Of a stretch of DNA of 64,000 nucleotides, positions 1 through 11,062 are shown in pieces. Within the stretch, counting starts at the first letter, position 1, and every line of letters starts with the position of its first letter. The notes beneath the pieces are model-generated. The model searched no databases and was not told the DNA's origin. It saw only the letters and a program-made list of their open reading frames with translations. Source of the DNA: Basidiobolus meristosporus CBS 931.73 (Eukaryota > Fungi > Basidiobolomycota). The translations under genes and the position numbers were made by a program. Location: assembly GCA_002104905.1 (NCBI GenBank), contig MCFE01000187.1, forward strand, positions 1 through 64,000, in the 5' to 3' direction.

Positions 1-19
1 ATCCCACCAAGTCAACTCC

Positions 20-3000
20 ATGAAATCCCCAGACCCTGATAACCGTGAAAAGACGGTTGCCAACAGTTCAACAGCCCAAGATACCTTGCCAGCTGAAGGA
101 GCCCCCTCAGCAACTATACCAGCCAAGTACCAAGAGTTTGCCCATGTCTTTGACAAGAAGAAAGCAGAACTCCTCCCTGACCATCGGCCTTATGACTGCC
201 CTATTGACCTTGAAGATGGAAAAGTCCCTCCATTTGGCCCAATATATAACCTCTCCCAGCCGGAGTTGAAAGAACTCCATGGTTATATTCAAGAAAACCT
301 CCAGAAGGGTTTTATTCAGCACTCCAAATCACCTGCTGGAGCCCCAATCCTCTTTGTCAAGAAGAAGGATGGCACCCTCAGAATGTGTGTGGACTACCGT
401 GCTTTGAATAAGATCACAGTCAAGAACCGCTACCCCCTGCCCCTGATCAACACACTGTTGGATCAGCTATCTGCTGCCCAAGTCTTCACCAAGATAGACT
501 TGAGAGGAGCTTACAATCTTGTCAGAATCAAGCCTGGTGATGAATGGAAAACTGCCTTTTGCACAAGATATGGCCACTTTGAATACAAAGTAATGCCATT
601 TGGCCTCACCAATGCCCCTGCTGTGTTTCAACACCTCATGAATGACATATTCCGTGAATACCTTGACCATTTTGTGGTAATCTACCTTGATGATATTCTC
701 ATATACTCCAAGAGCCAAGATGAACATGATGAACATGTCAAGAAAGTATTGAGAAAACTAGACTCTGCCGGTCTCTATGCCAAGCTAGAGAAGTGTGAAT
801 TTGACCAGAGAGAAGTGGAATTTCTTGGTTATCTCATCAGCCCTGAGGGAACAAGAATGGACCCAAAGAAAGTTGACTCAGTCCAATCCTGGAAAACACC
901 AAGCTCAGTCAAGGAATTACAATCCTTCCTGGGATTTGCCAACTTCTATCGCAGGTTCATAGCCAACTACTCCAAGATAGTCACCCCTCTGACAAAGCTT
1001 ACCCAGAAGAACACACCTTTTGCCTGGAATGAGGAGCAATCCAGCTCATTCAACCAACTCAAGAAATCTTTCCTGAAGGCCCCCCTGCTTGCCCACCCTG
1101 ACCTTGAGAAGCAATTCATAGTGGAGACTGATGCTTCTGATTTTGCCCTTGGTGCCATACTCTCCCAGTATGATGAGGACAATGTGTTGCACCCCATTGC
1201 ATTCTACTCTCGGAAGTTTTCCCCTGCAGAGATCAACTACGATATCTATGATAAGGAGTTGCTTGCCATCATTGTAGCCTTTGAGCAATGGAGACACTAC
1301 CTGGACGGTGCAAAACACAAAATCAAAGTCTTCTGTGACCATAAGAACCTTGAGTACTTTACAACTTCCAAAGTACTAAACCGGAGACAAGCCAGATGGT
1401 CACTCTTCCTGTCCAGCTTTGACTTTACTATCACCTATAGACCTGGTGCAAAGCAAGGAAAGCCTGATGCCCTGTCCAGAAAAAAGGAATATGCCCTGGA
1501 AGAGGGAGATGATGCCTGTCGGCAAATGGAACACCCATTGCTGAGCAAGAAACATTTTGAGATTCTTGCCACCCAGTCCTCAAGTCTTGTCATCCCTTCA
1601 TTCCTAGTAAGGATATCAGAATCCCAAGCCTCTGATATGACTTCCAGCACCATCAAGAAATATCTGGAATCCCCAGTTGGGCCCCCTCCCAAGTTCCCAA
1701 ACATCCAGAACCTGCATTTGGTAAACAACCTCATCTACCACAAGCAGCAGCTTTATGTCCCAGACCTTGCCACCCAGCTAGACATCATTAAGTCTCGGCA
1801 TGATTCAATGGCTGCAGGCCACTTTGGTACTGCCAAAACCTTGAATGCTATCAAAAGAGATTTCTGGTGGCCTAGAATGATAACTCTTATCAAAGAGTAC
1901 ATTCTGACTTGTGATATTTGCAACCGTGCAAAACCAGCCAGACACCAGCCCTATGGACTTCTTCAACCCCTGCCTATCCCAGAACACCAATGGAGATCTA
2001 TATCTATGGACTTCATTACTGACCTCCCTGAGTCATGTGGCTTCAATGCTATACTTGTAGTGGCTGACCGGCTGACCAAGATGGCTCACTTCATCCCTTG
2101 CTGTAAGAACACTGATGCAAAAGAAACTGCTGCTTTAGTCCTGAAGAATATTTTCCGCCTTCATGGTATCCCCAGTGATATTGTGTCAGATAGAGGCCCA
2201 CAGTTTGTGTCCAAGTTTTGGAAACACTTCATGCAATACCTTGGTGTTCAAGTCAAGCTCTCTACTGCCTTCCATCCACAGTCTGATGGCCAGACTGAAA
2301 GAATCAACCAGATTCTGGAGCAATACCTCCGGTGCTATATCAATTACCAGCAAGACAATTGGGTTGATCTACTCCCTGTTGCTGAGTTTGCCTACAACAA
2401 CTCAAGTCATAGTGCAACCGGTTTTACACCATTCTATGCAAACTATGGATTCCACCCTCAGTTTGATATCCAGATTCCAACAAACCCAATGAGCCCACAT
2501 GCGGCTGAACATGCCCAAGCAATCCAGGACATCCAGAACACCCTCAAGGAAGAGCTATCCTTAGCTCAGGAAAGCTACAAGAAATTTGCCAATCTAAAAC
2601 GGCATCCCAGCCCTGATCTTAATGAAGGAGATTCTGTATGGTTGCTCAGAAGAAACATCAGCACCAACCGCCCTTGTGACAAGTTGGATTTCAAGAAACT
2701 TGGTCCCTTCAAGATCAAGAAGAAGCTTAGCCCTATAGTATATCAGCTACAGTTACCAGCAAGTATGAAAATCCATGATACTTTCCATGTGTCCCTCCTG
2801 GAGCCGTATTGTAGGAACACATTGCCAAACCGGCAAGAAGCAAAGCCCCAAGCTATCCAGGTTGACCAACATCAAGAATTTGAAGTTAAACAGATTCTAG
2901 ACTCCAAGTATATCCGGTCAAAGCTGTACTACTTAGTAGACTGGATTGGTTATGGCCCAAGTGACCAAACATGGGAACCAGCTACACATCTCACTAGTTG

Positions 3001-3088
3001 TCAAGAACTAGTTACCCAGTTCCACCAACAATATCCTGCAAAACCTGCCCCAAAGGGAAACAGAGCTCCGCCTGGAAGAGGAGAATAG
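20..3088 (+). CDS. pol: Ty3/Gypsy Pol polyprotein, 5'-partial: reverse transcriptase, RNase H, integrase, chromodomain
   Basis: RT motifs [23 protein letters not shown]; RNase [14 protein letters not shown] and DKELLAI; integrase HHCC (HDSMAAGH...CDIC) and DDE core ([20 protein letters not shown]); GPF motif; chromodomain FEVKQILDS...[18 protein letters not shown]. The frame is also open from base 2 to 19, so the true start is upstream of the window. Confidence 0.95.
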   Translation: MKSPDPDNREKTVANSSTAQDTLPAEGAPSATIPAKYQEFAHVFDKKKAELLPDHRPYDCPIDLEDGKVPPFGPIYNLSQPELKELHGYIQENLQKGFIQHSKSPAGAPILFVKKKDGTLRMCVDYRALNKITVKNRYPLPLINTLLDQLSAAQVFTKIDLRGAYNLVRIKPGDEWKTAFCTRYGHFEYKVMPFGLTNAPAVFQHLMNDIFREYLDHFVVIYLDDILIYSKSQDEHDEHVKKVLRKLDSAGLYAKLEKCEFDQREVEFLGYLISPEGTRMDPKKVDSVQSWKTPSSVKELQSFLGFANFYRRFIANYSKIVTPLTKLTQKNTPFAWNEEQSSSFNQLKKSFLKAPLLAHPDLEKQFIVETDASDFALGAILSQYDEDNVLHPIAFYSRKFSPAEINYDIYDKELLAIIVAFEQWRHYLDGAKHKIKVFCDHKNLEYFTTSKVLNRRQARWSLFLSSFDFTITYRPGAKQGKPDALSRKKEYALEEGDDACRQMEHPLLSKKHFEILATQSSSLVIPSFLVRISESQASDMTSSTIKKYLESPVGPPPKFPNIQNLHLVNNLIYHKQQLYVPDLATQLDIIKSRHDSMAAGHFGTAKTLNAIKRDFWWPRMITLIKEYILTCDICNRAKPARHQPYGLLQPLPIPEHQWRSISMDFITDLPESCGFNAILVVADRLTKMAHFIPCCKNTDAKETAALVLKNIFRLHGIPSDIVSDRGPQFVSKFWKHFMQYLGVQVKLSTAFHPQSDGQTERINQILEQYLRCYINYQQDNWVDLLPVAEFAYNNSSHSATGFTPFYANYGFHPQFDIQIPTNPMSPHAAEHAQAIQDIQNTLKEELSLAQESYKKFANLKRHPSPDLNEGDSVWLLRRNISTNRPCDKLDFKKLGPFKIKKKLSPIVYQLQLPASMKIHDTFHVSLLEPYCRNTLPNRQEAKPQAIQVDQHQEFEVKQILDSKYIRSKLYYLVDWIGYGPSDQTWEPATHLTSCQELVTQFHQQYPAKPAPKGNRAPPGRGE
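3074..3088 (+). other. Polypurine tract of the retroelement
   Basis: GGAAGAGGAGAATAG immediately before TGTCATG; it includes the pol stop codon TAG. Confidence 0.85.
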
Positions 3089-3609
3089 TGTCATGTTCAC
3101 ATGACAACCATGAACACCCATGCCAAGTTTCAGCTTCCCAGCTCAATTTCTAAGAGATTCCTTCCGGAACCTTCTACCACCTTCCAGAAAGTTCCTGACC
3201 ATTCCAAACCATTGTTACACAATGGAACATTCCATGGAAGCTTTCCATCGTATTTTTTATAGTCCAGTACCATATATGGAAATACCAGGTCACATGACTT
3301 AGTCACATGATCAGGTGACCCAATCCATTTCCCCATCCTGTCTCAGTACCGTGTCATCTATGTCATTATCCCCAGCACCATTGCTGTGCCTCACCCCACA
3401 ACCCCATTAGTATTAGCTAACATCTCTCGGCATCAATATAGCCAAAAAGTATATATAGTCCTATCCCCCCTTAAGTATTCCTCAGTCTGATAAACACAGG
3501 TCTTGAATAAACAGCCTTGCCTTGAATCCTGCCTTGCCTTGATGGTCCACACCTAAGTCCTTTCCTGCCGTGCCTAGCTTTTCCTCCTGCCTTGTGTCTA
3601 TTCATAACA
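3089..3609 (+). repeat. 3' LTR, 521 bp
   Basis: Starts TGTCATG and ends CATAACA (terminal inverted repeat with 1 mismatch); TATATATA at 3450-3457; AATAAA at 3506-3511; CACATGA motifs at 3098, 3291 and 3304. The target-site duplication cannot be checked because the 5' LTR is outside the window. Confidence 0.85.
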
Positions 3610-4001
3610 TAGTCCTGCTAAAGTGTGCCTCCTTTGACTGCACCGTATGTAGCTCCAAGTGACAACGCAGCATTTTGAGTATCACTATCTCTTAACCTAT
3701 CTTTTACACCCTTGATATATCCAGTTTGATCAGAATTTTGACTCATAATAATTCCTGCTACACTAGAAAGTAATATGGCAGATACAGATGTGAGAAGAGT
3801 GAAGTTGTTCTTTTGCTTTTGAATAGTGCACCTTATATACAAGCCCATCACCATTATAGGTATATCATTATTGCTGATTCATAAACATGCCTTTAGACCG
3901 TTTCATACCTCACCGCAGTCCAAAAGAACATCACTGATGGAAGCAGTTTAACAAGGAGAAACCTCCAACAGTGGTGACTGAAACCTTGGCCAACAAGTAA
4001 A

Positions 4002-4478
4002 TCAATGGGAATAAGCAAAACAATGCTGTATGAGATTTGTGCTAGTTTGGTAATTTGATGTTCTGTCATGGATGAATTGAGCTATCTCATATGTCATAGT
4101 GTACAGTATGCTGGTACAAAAGGGACGTAACAAACCTGACATATTGGGAAGGATACACATTGAAGATGTCCTTTTGGAGTGACATGATGGTCTACAGAGT
4201 TGGAATATTATGTCATCCAACATGAGTGTGGTATCTGATGATACTAAGGAATGAATGGCAACACCCGCTGAAAAGCAAAGCCCCCTATTTTTCTATGCCT
4301 TAATGGGAAAGCATGTCTTTTGTTTTTGAGTCTGTTTGGTGGAAACCAATGGGAAATCCATGGCTGCAACTGGTCCTTGTAAGGGCATTGAATCATTAGT
4401 TGGGCTAATTTTGCCAGGATGCTCAAGGTCCCAGAAGGGTAGAAATTTCAGGTTTTTGTTGGCATTTGCCAAATTCAT
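4002..4478 (-). pseudogene. Degenerate reading frame of unknown family in a CpG-depleted relic region
   Basis: Track ORFs 4293..4478 and 4002..4223 are in the same frame, separated by a single TAG at 4293-4295; no family recognised. Confidence 0.3.
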
Positions 4479-7400
4479 GCCTCAGTAGTTACAACCATGC
4501 GTACCTCAACTGACCCACTCTCCTCCATCTCTTCATATACATACTTAGAAACTAGCATGAGTTGAGAGCCATGTAGTATCAAGATTACTCAACCCAACTA
4601 ATGTTTCATAAATCATGTTCTCACATAACTAAAGGGAAAGATGTACTCATCCTGTGTCCAAAGCACCAAAAAAGACTTGGCAGCAAATAATGCAATCATC
4701 AATGACTATACTTGTGTCAGCTCATTGACTGTCTTTATTGTATCTTTCAGCATTATTGCATACATAAGTAAAGACAGATGATGTTACTATTCTTGGCAAC
4801 TTGGCAGATGAGATATTTGGTAATGTAGTGTATTGCCAACACTATACCAAATATGAGTACTTGATTCAACAATTAGCAACAGTTGTTTGAATTCATGACT
4901 GCCTGTTTTACATATAGCATACTTGGTGCCTAATGACTGTACTTTATACTGTTAACATGGGTGCCAATTGGCCTATTATATGATCACAAGAATTTGCAGT
5001 GCTGTGTACACGGTAAATAAGCTGTCCAGTGTTTAATGGTAGCATTGAGTTCAATTTGTCAGATGCCTGTATCCTCAAACCTCATTTAGGGCTATGCATT
5101 TCACCTCATTGAGACTTATGGTGGTTGATGGAATAGTAGTGTTGACCCCATTTTGTTACTGCCATACACATATTAAGTACTTGATACACCAAGGTCCACT
5201 CTCTACCTAATACCACAGCTACTCAAATGCATATATATGTCCTTGGGTGTGGTGTACACTGCATGCTTCAAAGCCTTGGTAACCTATTGGTATGCTCAAA
5301 CAAATAGCCTATAGGTCATGATATTTGAAACTGACTGAAGGAACAATTCTAATAAAACAAAGATCTAACTTGTAAGCCCTGGTTGATGTGTTTAATGTAT
5401 GAGTGTTACTTGGAAGCAACAGACTAACACATCCTTAGCCTAGAAACTAGAAATGACTATTCACCTTGCAAGTTTTATTGATGATGCTAAGATCATGTGA
5501 TACTGATCATGTACAGTTTCCAGGCATATATGGGCTTCTGCAATCCCTTTTACCAGGGTCATCCATGGTGTGTAAGCACCCAATTCCCAATTTATCATAT
5601 ATTTTAAGGTTGATAAGAAACACAAAACTATTCAATATGCTTTTTCTTCACTAATTTCATTGACCTTTGGACACTTCTTAATATCCTCCTCTCTGCAAAT
5701 AATTGCATCTCTCAACTAGCATTGACAGAGGTGAGCACTTGCTGTAAGAGGTGCATGTGGCTACCTCCCAAATTCAATATATTAGTGATTCTCTCTTCAG
5801 GTTACTCTTGCTCAAATTGGCTACTCATTTCTATAGAAGATTTCTAGAAAACTATATGCTAGAGATCACTGCCAGAATGTGCAAGCTTTGCCTGTGTCCA
5901 ATCTCCATTATTGCATTAAATCTCTACCACTGTGACCTCAATGCATTGTAGCCTGAGCATTATTAATCCCTGCAGCAATAAATGCATCAATGTCAAGTGT
6001 TCAGTAGGCCAATGCATTAAGATTTGCCAAGCAGATGAGAGTCAAGCATAAATACCTTATTAATATGGTGAGTGCAGCTAATATCCTTTGACTCAGTATT
6101 CTGCTGCAGGATGCCATAAACACTTGATGTTTGATTGAGGTATTAAGATAAACTGTGTCTATTTTGATGGTTAATATAGTATCTTTATACTTGCAGCTAT
6201 TGGAAGTAATTTGGAGTTTATGGCTAATTTCTGGACTTAAATAAGCATTGATTCTTTTGTGTGAGCTCTGTACATATAACAATAATCACATACTGGAAAA
6301 GGTTACATGAGTACTGCACAAACTTGATGTCATTTCAATGAGTTTCACGATTGTGATAAATTTTAGCATTTTGACGATTTCTAGCAGTTAGCAAATAATA
6401 AATACTGTGAGAAATTAACTCTAGGTAAATAAACTTTCACTTGATAATTGAATAAATACTTCAAGATATATGCATAAATAAGCGCTAAACCTGTTGCTTC
6501 CAACCTGATCAAGGTTTACTAGTGTCAATGAGTGTCTATAACCACGCTTAGAGTTAGCCAGTAAAGCCCGAGCCTTAACATGAACCAAATCTGAGGTCAT
6601 TTAGTACTTAAAATGTATATATGAAACGTGGAATATAGATGACGACTTGATTGCAATCGAAAAAATATAGGTCAGAAGGTTCCAGTGTTTGTTCGTAACA
6701 AGGTAGGAGCCAAACACATATTGTCACCGTCTTTCCTCACGAAGAGGAATGAGTAATCAAATGGAAACATTCATCATGAGTGTTGAACTTCTAAATAGAA
6801 GGACATTAACATCGATTCCATGTCAGGACCCTGGGCTTATATTCCGGATCATCAAATGTGGGATGATTTCGAACGGGTGGAGATTTTTTTTTGCATTCAC
6901 AATCCAATGGTAGCATGTCATGTCAAATACATTAATGGAACCCGAAATTCGGGATTCCACGGGAACACGTGGTTTCAAGCCTCGGTTTATAGGATGGTGG
7001 GGACTGATGGCTTTAAGACCCTTCTCGTACCATCGTCCGGAAAGCCTCAGAATCCACAAAGAATATGTTCGATGCACTGAAACCCTTAGCGTTACTAATA
7101 GCTCACTACATTACTCAGAGTTGGTAACACTTAGGGTTAGGGTTAAAGGTTGGGAATGCAACTTTATTATTAATATATATATGCTAGCGTTGCTTTCAAA
7201 TTCAAACATGTCATCCGAGGTATCACGATAATATTATGGCTTTGGATTGGACATTTTGGTGCCAGGTAAAGATCATAGAAAGATGTGTATGGAGTCTGGT
7301 GTCTCTCACCTCCCGAGGATTTCCACAATCCTAGGGTACTAGCTGTATTTGATAATGAGCTTTAAGATGGCAGCTGTGTACAAAGTTGCTAATCTATTTT

Positions 7401-10400
7401 TTCTCTTTGCTGCTTACCACGGCTAATTTTCCAAAATGTACGGACGCTTTGAGAATATACTCAGATCAGGAGTCACGTGATGTGAAAAATACCCAATTGG
7501 TCAGTTTTTGATTCAAGTACGTGGAATGATGCATTTGACAATCATTGTCAGAGATGGAACATATCCAATGAAACTTAACTCCTGTTCATATGTGGAGCTG
7601 CCACTGTGGGCTTTAAAATAACACCTGTGAAGAGGGGGAAACTTGGTTGAGCCAAAGCCCATTGTAAAAAAGAGATAAAGTAATGGCGTATTACATCGCA
7701 GCAATGTATTATTACTTTTAGACAAATGTTGCGAAAAAAATCCTAGACAATAATGCGGAAGACTATATAAAGGTGTACAACATTTAAAATCACCAGAGCA
7801 TTTTTCTAATCTATTTAATAAATACAATCCTTAGTATTTAATAAAGCATTCCGCCAATTGAAAGCGCGCTTATGGATTTAATGACTTACGTTGGAATGTT
7901 TCGATGATATGCTGTACGCCTTTACATTTCTCTCTATCACGCAATCTTGTGCCAAAACCTTCATATGCTTTCACTTCATGTGTGGCTTACGGCTTTAAAG
8001 CTGGAAACCATTTTTGTGCTTTATTTGTAAATTGCAGACTCGAAAGTTCGAAGTCTCAGTTTCATTTGAAGGGCTCTGAATTTGGTCCATTCCTTTTCAG
8101 AGCTTGCATCATTAATCACACATATAACCGCCAGTACACACCTCGCTCCTCCCTGCCTAATGGGCTAGAGGCTAATATACACCTTGAGGACAATCCCACT
8201 AGCCTGTACGTATACCAATTTACGTAAATAATAAGCGGTGCATTCTGTACCCCTGATTAGCATCAAGATATCAAAATGTGGTCAGTATTTTGTATGGACC
8301 TGGAATAGATTCGCTGTGGTTGTAGATGATGATTTTTCTGCATGGGAAATCTATTGCTTTTCTGCGTCACGAACGGTCATTGAAAACAGCGGAGCTAGGA
8401 AGAAAGAATGGATTGGCTTCTGCTGCTTGAATGGTCAATACAAAATATGCAATTTAAGCTTTGATGGAAATCCGAACTACCATTTATGGGTTGGTGTTAT
8501 GGAATGGACTGGATCGTTCGACCTCTATGAAAGCCTCCAACTTTTGGACATTTCCACAATTATGAAGGATTCCCAATAAATATCATGGGTCGTGGCTTTC
8601 ATAAATATCCATCTCTCTGACCTAGGACGTCAGTATGATTTATGAATCAACCATGAAAATGCCCAATACACTGCAACGGCTTTCACCTATTGAGTTACGG
8701 AGCAGACAAAGGTATATATACTTTTGGCAATACTTCCCAAAAATAAGGATGTGATCAGCTCGTGAGCCTTCTGCAACAAGGCTTGCAAGGAGGACTTTTC
8801 ATCACTCCGATCACAGCGGAGAATTATCAAGATAACATTATCTAGTTAGCTCCAAACTTGCTGCGTATGACAGGAAGATGAATGATTTATCGAGGGCTAT
8901 AGTACTTGTAGCATGTTGTCTGATGCCTTCTGGTAGATAGCTACTGAATGGATCTACTCCCACCATATGCCTAGCAAAACACACGGAGATGATGAAAGAT
9001 CTCTAATGGCAAATGAGGGTCATCTCCGAACAAGGGGAACCAGCTACCGAACACTCCTACCCAGGTTTGCTTCAACTAAATTCGGATCTCATATCCATGT
9101 TCAACAAAAAGCCCAATACAATCAACTCTTGATTCCTCATTATCGCTGTGCAAGACTCGCTCCCAGTGTGGCCTCGAACAATATATAAATGCCGGAGAGA
9201 AAAGGCTACACAACTCCAGCTCAAATAACGGCATGGTCTCCTCTAAAGAAACGCTGCTCTCTGGTACCTGTATGTTACATGGCAAAATATCAGTCAATTA
9301 CATTTCTAGCTGCCTGCTACCTAAATTGCGAAATAAACCTGATCATGGTGACTATAACCTGACAACCATAAAGCTCCCCTCAAATCATAAATGTCCAGGT
9401 GTTTGGGGTAAATTGCAAACGTTAGCATCAACACCTGTAGCGCTAGCCCAGTGCGTGATCTCCTCACTTCACCATACTAGGAACTCTTTATACAAATATA
9501 TATCGAGCTCGCTGACTGACTTTCCCCACGTTCATTAATATGCAGAATACTGCTTGATAATCTTACTAAGTGATGGAACCAAGCATGCTCTTGCTACGAA
9601 TCAATTCGCCATACAATCACATACGTTTCCTTGACAAATGGGAGAGTTGCAAGCTCTACTACCGTGTACCTTTAATATCATCATTCAAAGCAATTGCACC
9701 ATCTCCCAGATAGTGGTAGTACCCGCCAGGATAGTTTCATGTCTTGTGAGCGACATAGTCGAAGCCTGTTCTCGGCGTTGCTCTTTCACAACCTGGTTCT
9801 CACTGGATATACAGTGTAAACGATGTCGCACATATGTAATACTACAATATTCAGCGTAAGGCCCACATTCCACTCTTCAGAAGATCATACCTTGCTTTAG
9901 AAGTATCCAGACTTCAATAAGCTGCAAGAACGCATCGTCATCCCCTGCAGGTGATGTATTCCTTTCAAGTGAATTACATCCTGGACACCGTCCAACAATG
10001 CAGGGAGTGGGTGATGCACCATCTCATTGAGATCTCATTCAAAATATCACATTACAAAAGATTCCTTCACGAGTAGCCCGTGTAGTTGGCAGCTATGTTG
10101 TAGAACTGGATCTATGGTTTCATCACATACCGGATTGACCCCACCCTTGGAGGTCTCCTGGTAGCACATGGGTAGTATATTATATGAGAATATCCGATGT
10201 CGTTCCCACTAACCAAATACGCTTTTCGAGGACTATTTCGAAGGAAAACGTACATAGGCGAATGTTCGTTTGGAAGCTAATCACTACCACTTTGTATCTT
10301 CGGTTGATATCATACGAGCAACCACGTTTTTGCACCACATTACCTTCATTGTGTCGAGCGGTTGGAGCGATTTCTAATATTCCATCAAAAGATCTTAAAA

Positions 10401-11008
10401 ATGCCAGTGACCTGAACAGGCTCCCTAGATGAAAACCAGCTTAGCCTGCAGGACAATGAGTGCTGGTCGATCGTTGCCCGATACGTTTGTCTGTGGCCGG
10501 CCATTTATGTAGTGCTATGCCTGGAGAACGAATACCTGATTGGGTAAAATATCCATAGCGCTATAGATATTTTCATCCGTGTCAATAGGAACCTCTGGTG
10601 TAACGGTACTGGTGTTATGGCAGTTGCTACAAACAATACAAAAGTCGCACTTGCTCGCTTTAGCCTCCTTCAATCGGTGATAGAATACTACTGATTTTGA
10701 CACTGATCTACGCCACATCTTATTAAACAAGGTTGGGGTTTGATCATGATACTGCCAGTTAATAAATCTTATCACCATGGCTAGCAATGAGATGTGGGTG
10801 TACAAATAGGTATCATACTTGAATGTGTGGTGTGGTGTGATGAATAAATCCCAGGCCCCTTCACGACCAAACAGTTCGCATATCACCAAGTTGCCTATTT
10901 GGCATGTAAAAAGAATGGTATTTTGAATTAGCCCATCAGTCAACCGAGTTTTTGTGTTGTGCATTAATTTGCCGGTATTATCACTCTTTGGTCCTCGTCG
11001 TACTCCCA

Positions 11009-11015
11009 TATATAA
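11009..11015 (+). promoter_or_regulatory. Putative TATA box of NRPS1
   Basis: TATATAA followed by GCCAT, 54 nt before the ATG at 11063; the paralog has a matching TATAAAAGCCAT 55 nt before its ATG. Confidence 0.6.
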
Positions 11016-11062
11016 GCCATGGAAATAAAATTCCCGACCCCCAACTACAAGAAGTCTCAACA

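Larger units (their letters stand above)
1..3609 (+). mobile_element. Ty3/Gypsy chromoviral LTR retrotransposon, 3' part (pol, PPT, 3' LTR); 5' end lies outside the window
   Basis: pol ORF with RT-RNaseH-integrase-chromodomain order, followed directly by a polypurine tract and a TG...CA bounded LTR. Confidence 0.95.

Noticed and set aside
6937-6958. Inverted repeat GGAACCCGAA-A-TTCGGGATTCC
   Set aside because: Single short hairpin with no supporting context
7131-7154. TTAGGGTTAGGGTTAAAGGTTGGG telomere-like tract
   Set aside because: Only about 2.5 perfect units; compatible with chance
9600-10220. Protein-like minus-strand fragments such as GFDYVAHKT*NYPGGYYHYLGDG
   Set aside because: Stop-codon density is close to random and no family was recognised
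10952-11062. Track start of the 4376 aa ORF at 10952
   Set aside because: Non-ATG start lying upstream of the TATA box; homology with NRPS2 begins at ATG 11063
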